Source of the DNA: Hyalangium minutum | Lineage (GTDB): Bacteria; Myxococcota; Myxococcia; Myxococcales; Myxococcaceae | DNA length: 64,000 bases | Assembly (NCBI RefSeq): GCF_000737315.1 | Contig: NZ_JMCB01000004.1 | Location: 124,001-188,000 of the forward strand | Direction of reading: 5' to 3' | Shown: piece by piece, positions 22,747-33,183 of the stretch | Numbering within the stretch: position 1 is the stretch's first letter | Layout: every line of letters starts with the position of its first letter | Position numbers and translations under genes: made by a program | The notes under the pieces: generated by a model | Databases searched by the model: none | Seen by the model: the letters and a program-made list of their open reading frames with translations, nothing else | What the model was told of the DNA's origin: nothing

Positions 22747-24141
22747 GTGGACCTGAAGCGCAAGCTGGCACGGCTCTCGAGCATTGGCCCTGGCGGCAAG
22801 CCCGTGGCCACGGCTGCGCCCTCCGAGCCTGTTGCTGAGGCGGCTCCCGTCGCTTCGCCGCCCGCTCCCGAGCCGGAGGTGCGCAAGCCGCAGGATCCGC
22901 GTATCGCGGCGTTGCGCCAGATGCTGGGGGAGTGGTCCCAGCGCCGGGTCACCGCCGCAGGCCGCCGAGCTGCTCCGCCGCCGCCTCCGCCCCCGGGCCC
23001 GCTGCCCGCCGAGCCTCGGACGACGCCTCACGGAGTGGTCCACATCGCCGAGCGGTTGCTGCTGCCGGATCACCACCATGGCTCGGCTCCCGTGGCGGGC
23101 GCGTGTGACGTGGAGTCCGCGCTGGTGGCGAGCCTCGCGCTGGATCCCCGGCTGGCGGGCGTGGACTTCCAGCGGGTGCTCTACCTGGACACGGAGACGA
23201 CGGGGCTCGCGGGCGGCACCGGCACCGTGCCCTTCCTGGTGGGCCTGGCGTGGTTCGAGGGGCGCTCGCTCCGCGTGCAGCAGCTCTTCCTGAGCCGGCT
23301 GGGCGAGGAGGGACCCATGCTGCGCGTGCTGGCCGAGCGCATGGCCGGGTCCTCCTGCCTCATCACCTTCAATGGAAAGAGCTTCGACTGGCCGCTGCTG
23401 CGCACCCGCTTCGTGCTCAACCGCGTGCCCGTTCCCTCCGAGCTGCCGCACCTGGATCTGCTGCACTGCTCGCGGCGGGTGTTCAAGCACCGGGGCTCGG
23501 GGACGCGGCTGGTGCAGTTGGAGGAGCAGATCCTCGGGCACCGGCGCGTGGGCGACGTGGACGGCTCGCTGATCCCGGACCTCTACTTCCGCTTCCTGCG
23601 CGGCGGCAGCAGCGCGGCCCTCACGCCCGTGCTGGAGCACAACGCGAACGATCTCCTGCTCCTGGCGGCGCTGCTGGGTGAGCTGGTGCGGCGCTTCCGC
23701 ACCAGCCGCGGCGAGGAGGAGGATCCTCGGGACTTGCTCGGCTTCGCGGGCGTGGCGATGCGCGCCGGGGATTTCGAGCGGGCGCAGACCTTTGCCCAGG
23801 CTGCGGCCCGGGGCGGTGGCACGGTCAGCGTGGAGGCGCTCTCGCTGGCTTCCCGTCTGTCCCGCCGGGCAGGGGACTCCAAGAGCGCGGTGGACTTGCT
23901 GGAGCAGGCGCTCACCTCCGCGAGGGGCACCCAGGCCGCGCCGCTGCATCTGGCGCTCACCAAGCTGTACGAGCACTCGCTCAAGGATCTGGAGCGGGCC
24001 CTGCACCACGCGCGGCTCACCATGACCGCCGAGCTCCCCGAGGAGCAGCGCCACCGCATCTCTCGCCTGGAGCGCAAGCTGGGCCGGGGCTCAGGGGAGA
24101 ACGTGCTGGCGCTCGGGATGCCGCCTCGCGCCGGGCTCTAG
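22747..24141 (+). CDS. RNase H-like DEDD exonuclease with TPR tail (YprB/MrfB-like)
   Basis: LDTETTGL, FNGKSFD, HLDLL, HNANDL; TPR-like helices at the C-terminus; directly follows the helicase. Confidence 0.85.
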   Translation: MDLKRKLARLSSIGPGGKPVATAAPSEPVAEAAPVASPPAPEPEVRKPQDPRIAALRQMLGEWSQRRVTAAGRRAAPPPPPPPGPLPAEPRTTPHGVVHIAERLLLPDHHHGSAPVAGACDVESALVASLALDPRLAGVDFQRVLYLDTETTGLAGGTGTVPFLVGLAWFEGRSLRVQQLFLSRLGEEGPMLRVLAERMAGSSCLITFNGKSFDWPLLRTRFVLNRVPVPSELPHLDLLHCSRRVFKHRGSGTRLVQLEEQILGHRRVGDVDGSLIPDLYFRFLRGGSSAALTPVLEHNANDLLLLAALLGELVRRFRTSRGEEEDPRDLLGFAGVAMRAGDFERAQTFAQAAARGGGTVSVEALSLASRLSRRAGDSKSAVDLLEQALTSARGTQAAPLHLALTKLYEHSLKDLERALHHARLTMTAELPEEQRHRISRLERKLGRGSGENVLALGMPPRAGL

Positions 24142-24818
24142 GTGGACGCAGGGCCCGTCCAGGTGAGCTCGTACTCGCTGTCGAGCGTCCCCGTCACCCG
24201 GCTCCGCACCTCCACGCCTTCCAGGCGCAGGGTCTCCATCAGGCACAGGAGCGCGCCCTCGTGGTACGCGGCGGGCATGAAGTCGCGCTTCATGACGAGC
24301 CGGCAGTGGCGGGGCCCCAGCCACTGCACGGTCCGCTCGCCGTAGCTCGTCGTGGTCCGGAAGAGCACGGGCAGGCTCGACAGCACGCGCCGCGGCTCGC
24401 TGAACGAGAAGGAGAGGAAGGTCTTCCCCGCGCTCGAGCCCAGGAAGTCCTTCATGCCCCGCTTGCCGAGCTTCCGCAGGGCACCCGAGAAGTCCTCGTC
24501 GCGGGTGCTCAGGCACTGCGCTCCCATGTAGACCAGGCGCAGGAAGTCCGGGATGGCGTACGGCAAGAAGTCGAAGTAGGGCGCCTGCCCGAGCAGCTTG
24601 CTGCAATGCCGCTCCTCTCGCTCGGTGGCCAGGTAGCGCACAGTGTCGAGCACGCCACTGAAGAACAGGCCGCGCACGGTGTCCGTGGGGGTCGCCAGCG
24701 CCAGGCGCTTCTTGAGATCCAGCAGCGCGTTGAGCGGCATCTCCATCTGCGCGGCGACGTCATGCGCGATCGCAGGGGGGCTGCTTCCGGCAGGTTCGTG
24801 GGAGAAGGAGGGGGTCAT
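24138..24818 (-). CDS. DUF2378 family protein (myxobacterial paralog family)
   Basis: DTVRGLFF, FDFLPYAIPDFLRL, TTTSYGERTVQW, MPAAYHEG, YELTW. Confidence 0.8.
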   Translation of the reverse strand: MTPSFSHEPAGSSPPAIAHDVAAQMEMPLNALLDLKKRLALATPTDTVRGLFFSGVLDTVRYLATEREERHCSKLLGQAPYFDFLPYAIPDFLRLVYMGAQCLSTRDEDFSGALRKLGKRGMKDFLGSSAGKTFLSFSFSEPRRVLSSLPVLFRTTTSYGERTVQWLGPRHCRLVMKRDFMPAAYHEGALLCLMETLRLEGVEVRSRVTGTLDSEYELTWTGPAST

Positions 24819-25140
24819 AGGCCGTTCACCTAAAGCAACAGGAGTGCCAACAGCGGGCGCTCCACTGGAGGCCCTGGCGAGCGACTGGGCGCCCTCTCAC
24901 CGGAAGTGTTTCGTCCTGCCACGGCCCCCAGGTCCACACCCGGCTTCCTCGCTCTGAAACTGTAAAAAGGAGGGCCCTCCTGCGATGGGGGAGGCGAAAA
25001 GATTCAGTGCACTTTAGGGAGGGTTGCGCGGCCTGGCGGGCGGCCGCCTGGGATCGTCCACGGGGGAACGAGCAGGGAATTTCCGGAAAAGAAGGGCGGT
25101 TCGCGGGCACGCCGCGGATTAAGTTCCGGCCCGGCAACCG

Positions 25141-28110
25141 ATGCGGAAATGGCTCGTCATAGGGGCGGTGTGTGTCCTGGCGGTGGTGGGCGCGGCTGTG
25201 TTCTGGCTCCAGCCCGAGCCCGTGACGCCCTTGCGTGTTCCGGCATCGGAGACTGCCGCGGCGCGCCCCCTGCCGGACTTCCAGGCGGTGGAGGTGTCCT
25301 CTGGGGAGGCCGAGGGGCTGGCCCTCACGGGCCGTGTCTTGGAGCCCTCGGGGCGTCCCATCCCGGGCGCGGAGGTGTTCCTCGCGGCGAGCGCGCAGAA
25401 GACGCTCACCTCCGTGCGCTGTGACGAGTGCGGCTTGCCGCTGCTGTCCTGTCCGGCCCGTGAGAGTGGCATTCAGTCGCTGGCCTTCTTCGAGCACCAG
25501 CACGGCTTCCTTACCCCACGGGCCACCGTGCGCACGGACGCTCAGGGGAAGTTCCGCTTCGAGCGCTTGGCCGGAGTCTCCTTCTCGGTGTGGGCGAAGG
25601 CGGCGGGCTTCGGCGTGGCGATGCGCGAGCGCGCCGCCCCAGGCGAGCCGGTGGAGCTGTTCCTGCCCGCCCTGCGCACCATCACGGGGCAGGTGGTGGA
25701 TGACGGCGGGCAGCCCATTCCGAACGCCCACATCTACGCAGTGTCTCGGCGCACGGCGCTGCCCGCCGAGGCGGTGGCGGGAGGCGAGGGCCTCTTCACG
25801 TTGGACGGGCTGGGCGAGGGGCCGTTCTACCTCGTGGCCAGCGCCGAGGGCTTCCTGCCCACGGTGGAGCCGCAGGTGGAGGCGGGTCCGCAGAGGGTGC
25901 GACTGCGGCTGACGCCGACGCGCACGCTCGAGGTGCGCGTGGTGCGCGATGGCGCACCCATGGCGGCCACCGTGAGGCTGAAGGCCGATCACCTGTCGCG
26001 CGAGCTGCGCACGCAGGGCGAGCCGGCTCGGTTCACCGGGCTCTACCCGGACGAGGTGGTCATCACCGCTGAGTCCGGGAGCCTGGGGTCGACGCCTCGC
26101 ACCATCACCCTGCAGGAGCGCGTCACCCAGGTGACGATGGAACTGGAGGAGGCGGGCAAGCTGCTCGTCACGGTGGTGGATGACGCGGGCCAGCCCGTGC
26201 CCCAGCCCGAGGTGACGCTGCGCACCGTCACAGGCGAGGTGATCCGCCGGGAGAAGGGCGCCACGGGAGCGCTCGTGGAGCTGGGGCCCATCGCCATCGG
26301 AGACTACCTGGTGCACGGACACACCGAGGGCTTCCAGGACGTGGAGCTCCCCGTGCGCGTGCGGTCCGGAGAGACGCCCGTCGAGCTGGAGATGACGCAG
26401 GCGACGCTCATCTCCGGCCAGGTGATCGACGAGTACGGGCGGCCGGCGCCCAATGTCTCCGTGCTGGTGCAGCCCATTGGGGACACGGTGCTCGCGGACG
26501 CGGATGGGCACTTCGTGGCGCAGGTGCCCTCGCCGGGACTGTACGAGCTGCACGCGCACCACTCCGAGTGGGGCGGTGGCAAGGTGAAGGTGACGGCGCC
26601 CGCCTCGGGGGTGCGGCTGGAGCTGGAGCCGGCCGCGGCCATCGAGGTGACCGTCACCGCCGAGGGCCGCCGGGTGGAGGGCGCGGACGTGGTCCTCTGG
26701 GTGGAGCAGCAGGGGCTCTTCCGCAGCGATCGGCCCTCGGGGCCGGACGGCGTGGTGCCCATGCGAGGCTTGCCGGAGGGCACGTACTGGATGGTGGCCT
26801 CGCACCCGGATTACCTGCCCTCGGATCGGAAGCAGGTGAGGGTGGACGGGGAGCAGGTGGTGAAGGTCACCGCCGAGCTCAAGCCGGGGGCCATGCTCTC
26901 TGGGGACGTGATGGACGAGCAGGGAGCTCCCGTGAGTGGGGCCACCTTGACGGTGATGCCTCGGGGCGCGGAGCCCGCGGCGAGCGATGCACGCGGGCAC
27001 TTCGAGATCCGCGCGCTGCGGCCGGAGCGCACCTACCGGGTGGAGGCACGCCACCCCGGCTACGATCAGGTGGACAAGGCCGATGGCACGCCGGGGGGGC
27101 CGCCGGTGAAGGTGGTGCTCAAGCGCCGGCCGGTGTTCCGAGGCCGCGTGGTGGCCGATGACGGAACGCCGGTGAAGCGCTACCGCCTGGACGAGCACGA
27201 CATCTCCACGCCGGATGGGCGCTTCGAGGTCTCCCTGCCAGTGGCAGGGGAGCAGGTCATGGTCTCGGTGGACGCCCCAGGCTACGAGCCGATGATGGTG
27301 GAGCGGCCCGTGGCGCCGGATCTCGGGGACCTGGTGCTGCAGCGCGCGCCCACGCTCTCCGGGCTGGTGCGAGACGAGGGCGGCGCGCCAGTGGCGGACG
27401 CGGTGGTGACGTGCGAGGTGTGCGACGAGTCCGTGCTCTCGGGGCCGGATGGGCGCTTCTCCATCGCCAGTCCGCCGTACGTGGTGCAGTACTCGGTGTC
27501 GGCGCGCAAGGGCCGCCTGAGCGCGACGGAGACGCTGAGCCGGGGAAACACGTCGACCCTGGTGCTGACGCTGCGTCCGGCGACGCGGGTGAGCGGCACG
27601 GTGTACCTGCCGGGCGGACAGCCCGCGCCGGGCTACCAGCTGGACGGGGTGAACACCGAGCGCGGCGATGCGGTCGTCGTGGTGACGGGGCCGGACGGGC
27701 AGTACAGCGTGGACATGGCGCCGGGCAGCTACCGCTTCATGCTCGGGGAGGATCGCGAGTTCGCCGGAGAGCCCGCGCTGCTGGTGCGCGTCGAGGGCCC
27801 GTCGATGCGCCTGGACTTCGGAGCGGCGCCGGGCTCGGGCTCGCTCACGGTGACAGTCAAGCCCGAGCGAGGCAAGGCGCTCTGGGTGGTGGCGGGGGAT
27901 TCGCCTCCGGTCAACTCTCCGCTGGAGCTGATGCGCTCGCGCTATGCGCAGATGGTCTACCAGCCGCGCTCGGAGCGGGTGACGCTGCAGGGCCTGCCGC
28001 CGGGGCGCTACACGGTGGTGTGGGCGAGCTTCCACGCCGAGGCGCCCGAGGGGCCCATGGTCCGCACGGTGGAGATCCCCGGGGCGCAGGAAGTCTCCAT
28101 GGTGCGCTGA
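25141..28110 (+). CDS. Membrane-anchored protein with multiple carboxypeptidase-regulatory-like (transthyretin-like) repeats
   Basis: N-terminal TM, repeated xSGxVxDxxGxPVxGAxV...TDxxGxF units. Confidence 0.85.
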   Translation: MRKWLVIGAVCVLAVVGAAVFWLQPEPVTPLRVPASETAAARPLPDFQAVEVSSGEAEGLALTGRVLEPSGRPIPGAEVFLAASAQKTLTSVRCDECGLPLLSCPARESGIQSLAFFEHQHGFLTPRATVRTDAQGKFRFERLAGVSFSVWAKAAGFGVAMRERAAPGEPVELFLPALRTITGQVVDDGGQPIPNAHIYAVSRRTALPAEAVAGGEGLFTLDGLGEGPFYLVASAEGFLPTVEPQVEAGPQRVRLRLTPTRTLEVRVVRDGAPMAATVRLKADHLSRELRTQGEPARFTGLYPDEVVITAESGSLGSTPRTITLQERVTQVTMELEEAGKLLVTVVDDAGQPVPQPEVTLRTVTGEVIRREKGATGALVELGPIAIGDYLVHGHTEGFQDVELPVRVRSGETPVELEMTQATLISGQVIDEYGRPAPNVSVLVQPIGDTVLADADGHFVAQVPSPGLYELHAHHSEWGGGKVKVTAPASGVRLELEPAAAIEVTVTAEGRRVEGADVVLWVEQQGLFRSDRPSGPDGVVPMRGLPEGTYWMVASHPDYLPSDRKQVRVDGEQVVKVTAELKPGAMLSGDVMDEQGAPVSGATLTVMPRGAEPAASDARGHFEIRALRPERTYRVEARHPGYDQVDKADGTPGGPPVKVVLKRRPVFRGRVVADDGTPVKRYRLDEHDISTPDGRFEVSLPVAGEQVMVSVDAPGYEPMMVERPVAPDLGDLVLQRAPTLSGLVRDEGGAPVADAVVTCEVCDESVLSGPDGRFSIASPPYVVQYSVSARKGRLSATETLSRGNTSTLVLTLRPATRVSGTVYLPGGQPAPGYQLDGVNTERGDAVVVVTGPDGQYSVDMAPGSYRFMLGEDREFAGEPALLVRVEGPSMRLDFGAAPGSGSLTVTVKPERGKALWVVAGDSPPVNSPLELMRSRYAQMVYQPRSERVTLQGLPPGRYTVVWASFHAEAPEGPMVRTVEIPGAQEVSMVR

Positions 28111-28170
28111 GCGCGGGCGGAGAATGGCCGTGAGGTTGCGAGCCCGCCCGCTCGCGCATATGGAAGTCTC

Positions 28171-29406
28171 ATGGACGCATCGGTTCTGCAGGGCCGCCGG
28201 GTCATCGTGGGAGTCGGCGGAGGCATCGCGGCGTACAAGGCGTGCGAGCTCGTGCGCGAGCTGCAGCGAGCAGGCGCTCAGGTGCGCGTCGCCATGACGG
28301 AGGCGGCGAAGCAGTTCGTCACGCCGCTGACCTTCCAGGCGCTCAGCGGGCACCCGGTGCTCACGGACTATTTCGATCCGAACCAGGAAGGAAACTTCGG
28401 GCACCTGGACTTGGCGCGCTGGGCGGAGCTGTTCGTCGTGGCTCCGGCGACAGCGGACCTCATCGCGCGCATCCGGGCGGGGATGGCGGGGGACGCGGTC
28501 ACCACGTCGCTGCTGGCCTTCAAGGGCCCGGTGGTGCTGGCTCCGGCGATGAACGTGGCGATGTGGCAGAACGCGCTGACGCAGCAGAACGTGGCGGCGC
28601 TGGTGGCGGATCCGCGCTTCACGTTCGCGGGGCCGGACGCGGGGCTGCTGGCCTGCGGAGACGTGGGAGCGGGACGGCTCACGGAGGTGAAGGAGATCGT
28701 CGCCGAGGCGGCGGCGCGGATAGGCCAAGGGCCTCTGACGGGCAAGAAGGTGCTGCTGACGGCGGGCCCCACGCGCGAGTTCCTGGATCCGGTGCGGTTC
28801 ATCTCGAATCCCTCGACAGGGAAGATGGGGCTGGCGCTGGCGGAGGCGGCTCGGAAGCTGGGCGCGAAGGTGACGGTGGTGCTGGGGCCGGTGGGGGCAG
28901 TGGATCGCACGGGCCTCGAGGTGGTGGACGTGGTGAGCGCCGAGGACATGGCGCGCGAGGTGCTCTCTCGGGTGGAGGCGGTGGACTGGTTCATCGCCTC
29001 GGCGGCGGTGAGCGACTGGCGGCCGGAGACGCGGGCCCCGCAGAAGGTGAAGAAGGGCGAATCCCCCGAGGTGCTCAAGCTGGTGCGCACGCCGGATGTG
29101 CTCGCGGAGGCCTCGAAGAAGGTGGCGGGAGCGCCGAGGCGGCCGCTGCTGGTGGGCTTCGCCGCGGAGACGGAGCGGGTGCTGGAGCACGCCCGGGAGA
29201 AGCTGGAGCGCAAGAACCTGGACGCCATCGTCGCCAACGACGTGACGGTGCCCGGCGCGGGCTTCGGGACGGACACCAACCGGGTGACGGTGCTCTCCCG
29301 TACAGGGGTACGGAAAGACCTGGAGGGCACCAAGCTCCAGGTGGCGCAGGGGATTCTGGAACTGCTGCTGAGCCTCCCTCCGGCCGTGCCTGGGAGCGGC
29401 AGGTGA
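28171..29406 (+). CDS. coaBC: Bifunctional phosphopantothenoylcysteine decarboxylase/synthetase
   Basis: GGIAAYKA, APAMN, TAGPTRExLDPVRFISNPSTGKMG, GFAAET, IVANDV. Confidence 0.97.
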   Translation: MDASVLQGRRVIVGVGGGIAAYKACELVRELQRAGAQVRVAMTEAAKQFVTPLTFQALSGHPVLTDYFDPNQEGNFGHLDLARWAELFVVAPATADLIARIRAGMAGDAVTTSLLAFKGPVVLAPAMNVAMWQNALTQQNVAALVADPRFTFAGPDAGLLACGDVGAGRLTEVKEIVAEAAARIGQGPLTGKKVLLTAGPTREFLDPVRFISNPSTGKMGLALAEAARKLGAKVTVVLGPVGAVDRTGLEVVDVVSAEDMAREVLSRVEAVDWFIASAAVSDWRPETRAPQKVKKGESPEVLKLVRTPDVLAEASKKVAGAPRRPLLVGFAAETERVLEHAREKLERKNLDAIVANDVTVPGAGFGTDTNRVTVLSRTGVRKDLEGTKLQVAQGILELLLSLPPAVPGSGR

Positions 29407-29554
29407 CGCGGCAGGTTGGATCGGCGGGAGCCTACCTGTAAGATGGTGCCGTTGACCATGGCGCCATGCTCGCCCCTGCGGTAAGCGTGCGGGAGGCGGG
29501 CTCAGGCTGGCTCCTTGAACCGGAGGCACCGCCTCCATTACCGATCGGGCTAAC

Positions 29555-30529
29555 GTGAGCGACCCGCGCGACTCCGCCGAAGAACTGGATGAAGCTGTCG
29601 AGGACCTGCGCCGCCACCTCCTATGGCAGGAGGAGACAGGCGGCCGGGCACTGCTCGTAGACGCGGCCAAGCTGTCGGCCGAGCGCTCGGCTTCCCTCCG
29701 GGCGATGATGCCTCCTCGGGGGGCCAAGGCCCCTGCCGCTCCCGAGAGCCCTGCGGCTCCGGAATCTGCCGCTGCTCCGGAGGCCCCCGCGCCTCATCCG
29801 GCTCCCATGCCTGCCCGCTCGCTGGCTCCCGAGGCCCCTGCCAGAGCCCCGGCTGCCTCCCGAGCGGAGCCTCCCGCTGCGGCGAGCAAGGGGATGCTCT
29901 TTGACGTGCCGCAGCAAGCGCCGCCGTACCCAGGCCCGTTGCCGGGCGTGGTGGAGGGCCAGCGCCCCATGCTGGACGAGATCCGGCGCGAACTCGGGGA
30001 CTGCCGGCGCTGCAAGCTGTGCACGGGGCGCAAGAACATCGTGTTCGGGGTGGGCAACCCGCGGGCGGAGCTGGTCTTCGTGGGCGAGGGCCCGGGAGAG
30101 CAAGAGGACCTGCAGGGGGTGCCCTTCGTCGGCCCAGCGGGTGAGCTGCTGACGAAGATGATCCAGGCGATGGGGTTCTCGCGGGATCAGGTCTACATCT
30201 GCAACGTGGTGAAGTGCCGGCCGCCGGGCAACCGCAACCCGGAGCCGGACGAGATCACCGCGTGCGAGCCGTTCTTGCGCTCGCAGTTGTTGGCGCTGCA
30301 GCCCAAGGTGATCGTGGCGCTGGGGAAGTTCGCAGCACAGACGTTGCTGCGGGACTCCACGCCGATTACGCGGCTGCGGGGGCAGTGGCGGGAGTACCAG
30401 GGGGTGAAGCTGATGCCCACCTTCCACCCGGCGTACCTCCTCCGGAGCCCGGCTGAGAAGAAAAAGGCCTGGGAAGATTTGCAGCAGGTGATGAAGATCT
30501 TCGGTAAGCAACCCGGCTCCCGCACCTGA
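29555..30529 (+). CDS. Uracil-DNA glycosylase family 4 with Pro/Ala-rich N-terminal extension
   Basis: CRRCKLC 4Fe-4S ligands, [23 protein letters not shown]. Confidence 0.93.
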   Translation: MSDPRDSAEELDEAVEDLRRHLLWQEETGGRALLVDAAKLSAERSASLRAMMPPRGAKAPAAPESPAAPESAAAPEAPAPHPAPMPARSLAPEAPARAPAASRAEPPAAASKGMLFDVPQQAPPYPGPLPGVVEGQRPMLDEIRRELGDCRRCKLCTGRKNIVFGVGNPRAELVFVGEGPGEQEDLQGVPFVGPAGELLTKMIQAMGFSRDQVYICNVVKCRPPGNRNPEPDEITACEPFLRSQLLALQPKVIVALGKFAAQTLLRDSTPITRLRGQWREYQGVKLMPTFHPAYLLRSPAEKKKAWEDLQQVMKIFGKQPGSRT

Positions 30530-30553
30530 GGGGAGCCCGGAGGGGAGTCACGG

Positions 30554-31561
30554 ATGAAGGGAGTACTCGAGACGCGCGAGCTGCCATCGCCCGCGCTGGA
30601 GTCGAACCCGCTGGCGGACGTCGCTCGCCGGCAGCTGAGGGTGTACCTGCCGCCGGGGTACAACGAGGGCAGCCAGCGCTACCCCACCGTGTACTTCCTG
30701 CACGCCTTCTCCAACAGCGGCGCCTCGTGGACGAACGTGTCAGCGTTCGGGCTCAACGCGCTGGACCGGCTGGACGGGTTGATCGAGGCCGGGACGATTC
30801 CTCCGGTGATTGGCGTGTTCCCGGACGGGTGGACGGCGCTGGGCGGGAGCCAGTGGATCAACAGTGACGCGATTGGGCGCTACCGGGACTACGTGGCCAA
30901 GGACGTGCTGGGCTTCGTGGACCGCACGTACCGGACGCTGCCGAAGGCGGCCTCGCGGGCGGTGGTGGGGCACAGCTCGGGCGGGTACGGAGCGCTGGTG
31001 ATGGGGCGCTACCACCCGGAGCTGTTCAGCCACCTGGGGAGCCACGCGGGCGACTGCTACTTCGAGTACTGCTACCTGCCGGATCTGCCCAAGGCGGCGG
31101 GGGCGCTGCTGAAGGCGGGCGGGGTGGAGGCCTGGTACCAGGACTTCAAGAAGCGCTCACGGGAGACGAAGCCGCGGAGTGACGACTTCACGGTGATCAA
31201 CGTGCTGGCGATGGCGGCGGCGTACTCGCCGAAGAAGGGCGAGCCGCTGAACCTGGAGCTGCCGTTCGATCCGCAGACGGGGCGGCTGAAGCTGGACGTG
31301 TGGAACCGGTGGCTGGTGCACGATCCGGTGCGGTTCGTGCCGAAGTTCCTGGATGCGTTCAAGAAGATGAAGTCGGTATTCCTCGACTGCGGGACGCGGG
31401 ACGAGTTCAACTTGCGCTGGGGCACGCGCATGCTGGCCGAGGAGTTCAAGGCAAGCGGCGCGGAGCTGTGCCACGAGGAGTTCGAGGACTCGCACTCGGG
31501 GGTGACGTACCGGTTCGAGCGCTCGCTGGGGTTCCTGGTTCCGCGGATGGCGCGGGAGTGA
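30554..31561 (+). CDS. Alpha/beta hydrolase, putative esterase (Fes-like)
   Basis: VYLPPGY, YPTVYFLH, nucleophile GHSSGG, DCGTRDE, EDSH. Confidence 0.85.
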   Translation: MKGVLETRELPSPALESNPLADVARRQLRVYLPPGYNEGSQRYPTVYFLHAFSNSGASWTNVSAFGLNALDRLDGLIEAGTIPPVIGVFPDGWTALGGSQWINSDAIGRYRDYVAKDVLGFVDRTYRTLPKAASRAVVGHSSGGYGALVMGRYHPELFSHLGSHAGDCYFEYCYLPDLPKAAGALLKAGGVEAWYQDFKKRSRETKPRSDDFTVINVLAMAAAYSPKKGEPLNLELPFDPQTGRLKLDVWNRWLVHDPVRFVPKFLDAFKKMKSVFLDCGTRDEFNLRWGTRMLAEEFKASGAELCHEEFEDSHSGVTYRFERSLGFLVPRMARE

Positions 31562-31562
31562 C

Positions 31563-32600
31563 GTGACGATGATTTCCGATCCCTACGGACTGAGCCGCGT
31601 TGTCGGTGAGAAGGGCGTGCTGCCGCAGCGGGCGCGCAAGCTGGAGCCGTCGCTGCCGTGTCGCGAGGCGGAACTGCTCATCGACGTGGAGAGCCTCAAC
31701 ATCGACGCGGCGTCCTTCAAGCAGATCAAGGACGACGTGGGTGCAGAGCCCGCGAAGATCGCGGCGCGCATCCAAGAGATCGTGCGCGAGCGCGGCAAGA
31801 TGCAGAACCCGGTGACGGGCTCGGGCGGCATGTTGCTGGGGCGGGTGAAGGAGATCGGGCCGAAGCACCCGGCTCGAGGGACGCTGAAGGTGGGCGACCG
31901 GATCGCGACGTTGGTGAGCCTGTCGCTGACGCCGCTGGTGATCGAGGAGATCAAAGCGGTGCACGTGGAGATCGACCGGGTGGACATCCGGGGGCACGCG
32001 ATCCTGTTTGCGTCGGGGATCTACGCGAAGCTGCCGTCGGACATGCCGGACACGCTGGCGCTGGCGGCGCTGGACGTGTGCGGGGCTCCGGCGCTGGTAG
32101 CGCGGTACGTGAAGCCAGGGATGACGGTGGCGGTGCTGGGAGCGGGGAAGAGCGGGGCACTGTGCCTGGCGCAGGCGCGGAAGGATCTGAAGGGGCAGGG
32201 GAAGGTGCTGGCGCTGGATATCTCGGAGAAGGCGCTGGCGGCGCTGTCCGGGATTGGTCTGTGCGACACGGCACTGAAGGTGGACGCGACACAGGCGGTG
32301 GACGTGATGGAGGCGGTGTCGCAGGCGACGGGCGGAGCGTTGTGCGATCTGGTGGTGAACTGCGCCTCGGTGGGGAACACGGAGATGGCCTCGATCCTGT
32401 CGGTGAAGGATGGGGGCACGGTGATCTTCTTCTCCATGGCCACGAGCTTCACGGCGGCGGCGCTGGGGGCGGAGGGGGTGGGCAAGGACGTCACGATGCT
32501 GGTGGGCAACGGCTACGCGCCCGGCCACGCGGACCTCACGCTGGACCTGTTGCGCTCCGAACCCGCTCTCCGCAAGCTCTTCGAGACGCGCTACGTCTGA
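31563..32600 (+). CDS. kdd: L-erythro-3,5-diaminohexanoate dehydrogenase
   Basis: YGLSRV...GVLPQ, LNIDAASFKQI, RGKMQNPVTGSGGML, IATLVSLSLTP, ALDVCGAP, FFSMATSF, MLVGNGY. Confidence 0.9.
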   Translation: MTMISDPYGLSRVVGEKGVLPQRARKLEPSLPCREAELLIDVESLNIDAASFKQIKDDVGAEPAKIAARIQEIVRERGKMQNPVTGSGGMLLGRVKEIGPKHPARGTLKVGDRIATLVSLSLTPLVIEEIKAVHVEIDRVDIRGHAILFASGIYAKLPSDMPDTLALAALDVCGAPALVARYVKPGMTVAVLGAGKSGALCLAQARKDLKGQGKVLALDISEKALAALSGIGLCDTALKVDATQAVDVMEAVSQATGGALCDLVVNCASVGNTEMASILSVKDGGTVIFFSMATSFTAAALGAEGVGKDVTMLVGNGYAPGHADLTLDLLRSEPALRKLFETRYV

Positions 32601-32613
32601 GGAAGGCAGGGCT

Positions 32614-32909
32614 TCAGGTTCTGCCCTTCCACACCGCAGGTCGGCGGCGGACGTGGAGGCACGCGATCACGCTGATGCGCCCCTCATCCACCACGAAGAA
32701 GACGCCATAGGGAAAGCGTCGGAGCAGTGCGCGTCTGATGCGTGGGTGGACGAGCGTGTGGCTGTCGGGCTGCGCTGGATGCCCGCGAGGCAAGTCTCCA
32801 GCGCCTGAAGAAACTCAGCACCCAGGCCCTTGCCCCGTTGCTCGTACCACTGGACAGCGTCCGCGATGTCTGCTTGCGCGGGCTTGCGAAGCTCTAACGC
32901 GCGCTTCAC
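32614..32909 (-). pseudogene. RelE/ParE family toxin, frameshifted
   Basis: Frame 1 gives MKRALELRKPAQADIADAVQWYE...IQRSP. After a shift near 32766 the next frame reads DSHTLVHPRIRRALLRRFPYGVFFVVDEGRISVIACLHVRRRPAVWKGRT*, a canonical ParE C-terminus. Confidence 0.85.
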
Positions 32910-33127
32910 AGGGACTTGAGCAGGCGCGCTTTGACTTCATCCCAGGACTCGCCCGACTCTGGATTCTCGTCCAGCTCCGCCAGACGCCTCTGAAGTTCGG
33001 CAAGCTGCTCGGGAGGCGTCGCCACCTGCTCCGGGTGAGCCGCGACGCTGTCCCAGAGGTCCTCGGCCAACTGGATGCGCTCGGCAGGACTCAAGTGGAG
33101 GAACTCTGAAAAGGTGACCCGCGACAT
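32906..33127 (-). CDS. Addiction module antitoxin component (TIGR02574-like)
   Basis: LSPAERIQLAEDLWDSV...ELQRRL...SWDEVKARL; 4-nt overlap with the toxin start. Confidence 0.88.
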   Translation of the reverse strand: MSRVTFSEFLHLSPAERIQLAEDLWDSVAAHPEQVATPPEQLAELQRRLAELDENPESGESWDEVKARLLKSL

Positions 33128-33183
33128 GACTCCAGTTTAGGGCCGAGGTTTCTCCAGAGCCATAGGGATGCTGGGCAGAGGGT

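Noticed and set aside
24826-29727. 1633-aa minus-strand ORF and other long antisense ORFs (20374-24054, 44716-47577, 13951-16182, 5572-7236, 33828-35453, 60254-61903)
   Set aside because: Shadow frames of high-GC genes: Arg/His/Gly-rich, no motifs, and exactly opposite well-supported CDSs.
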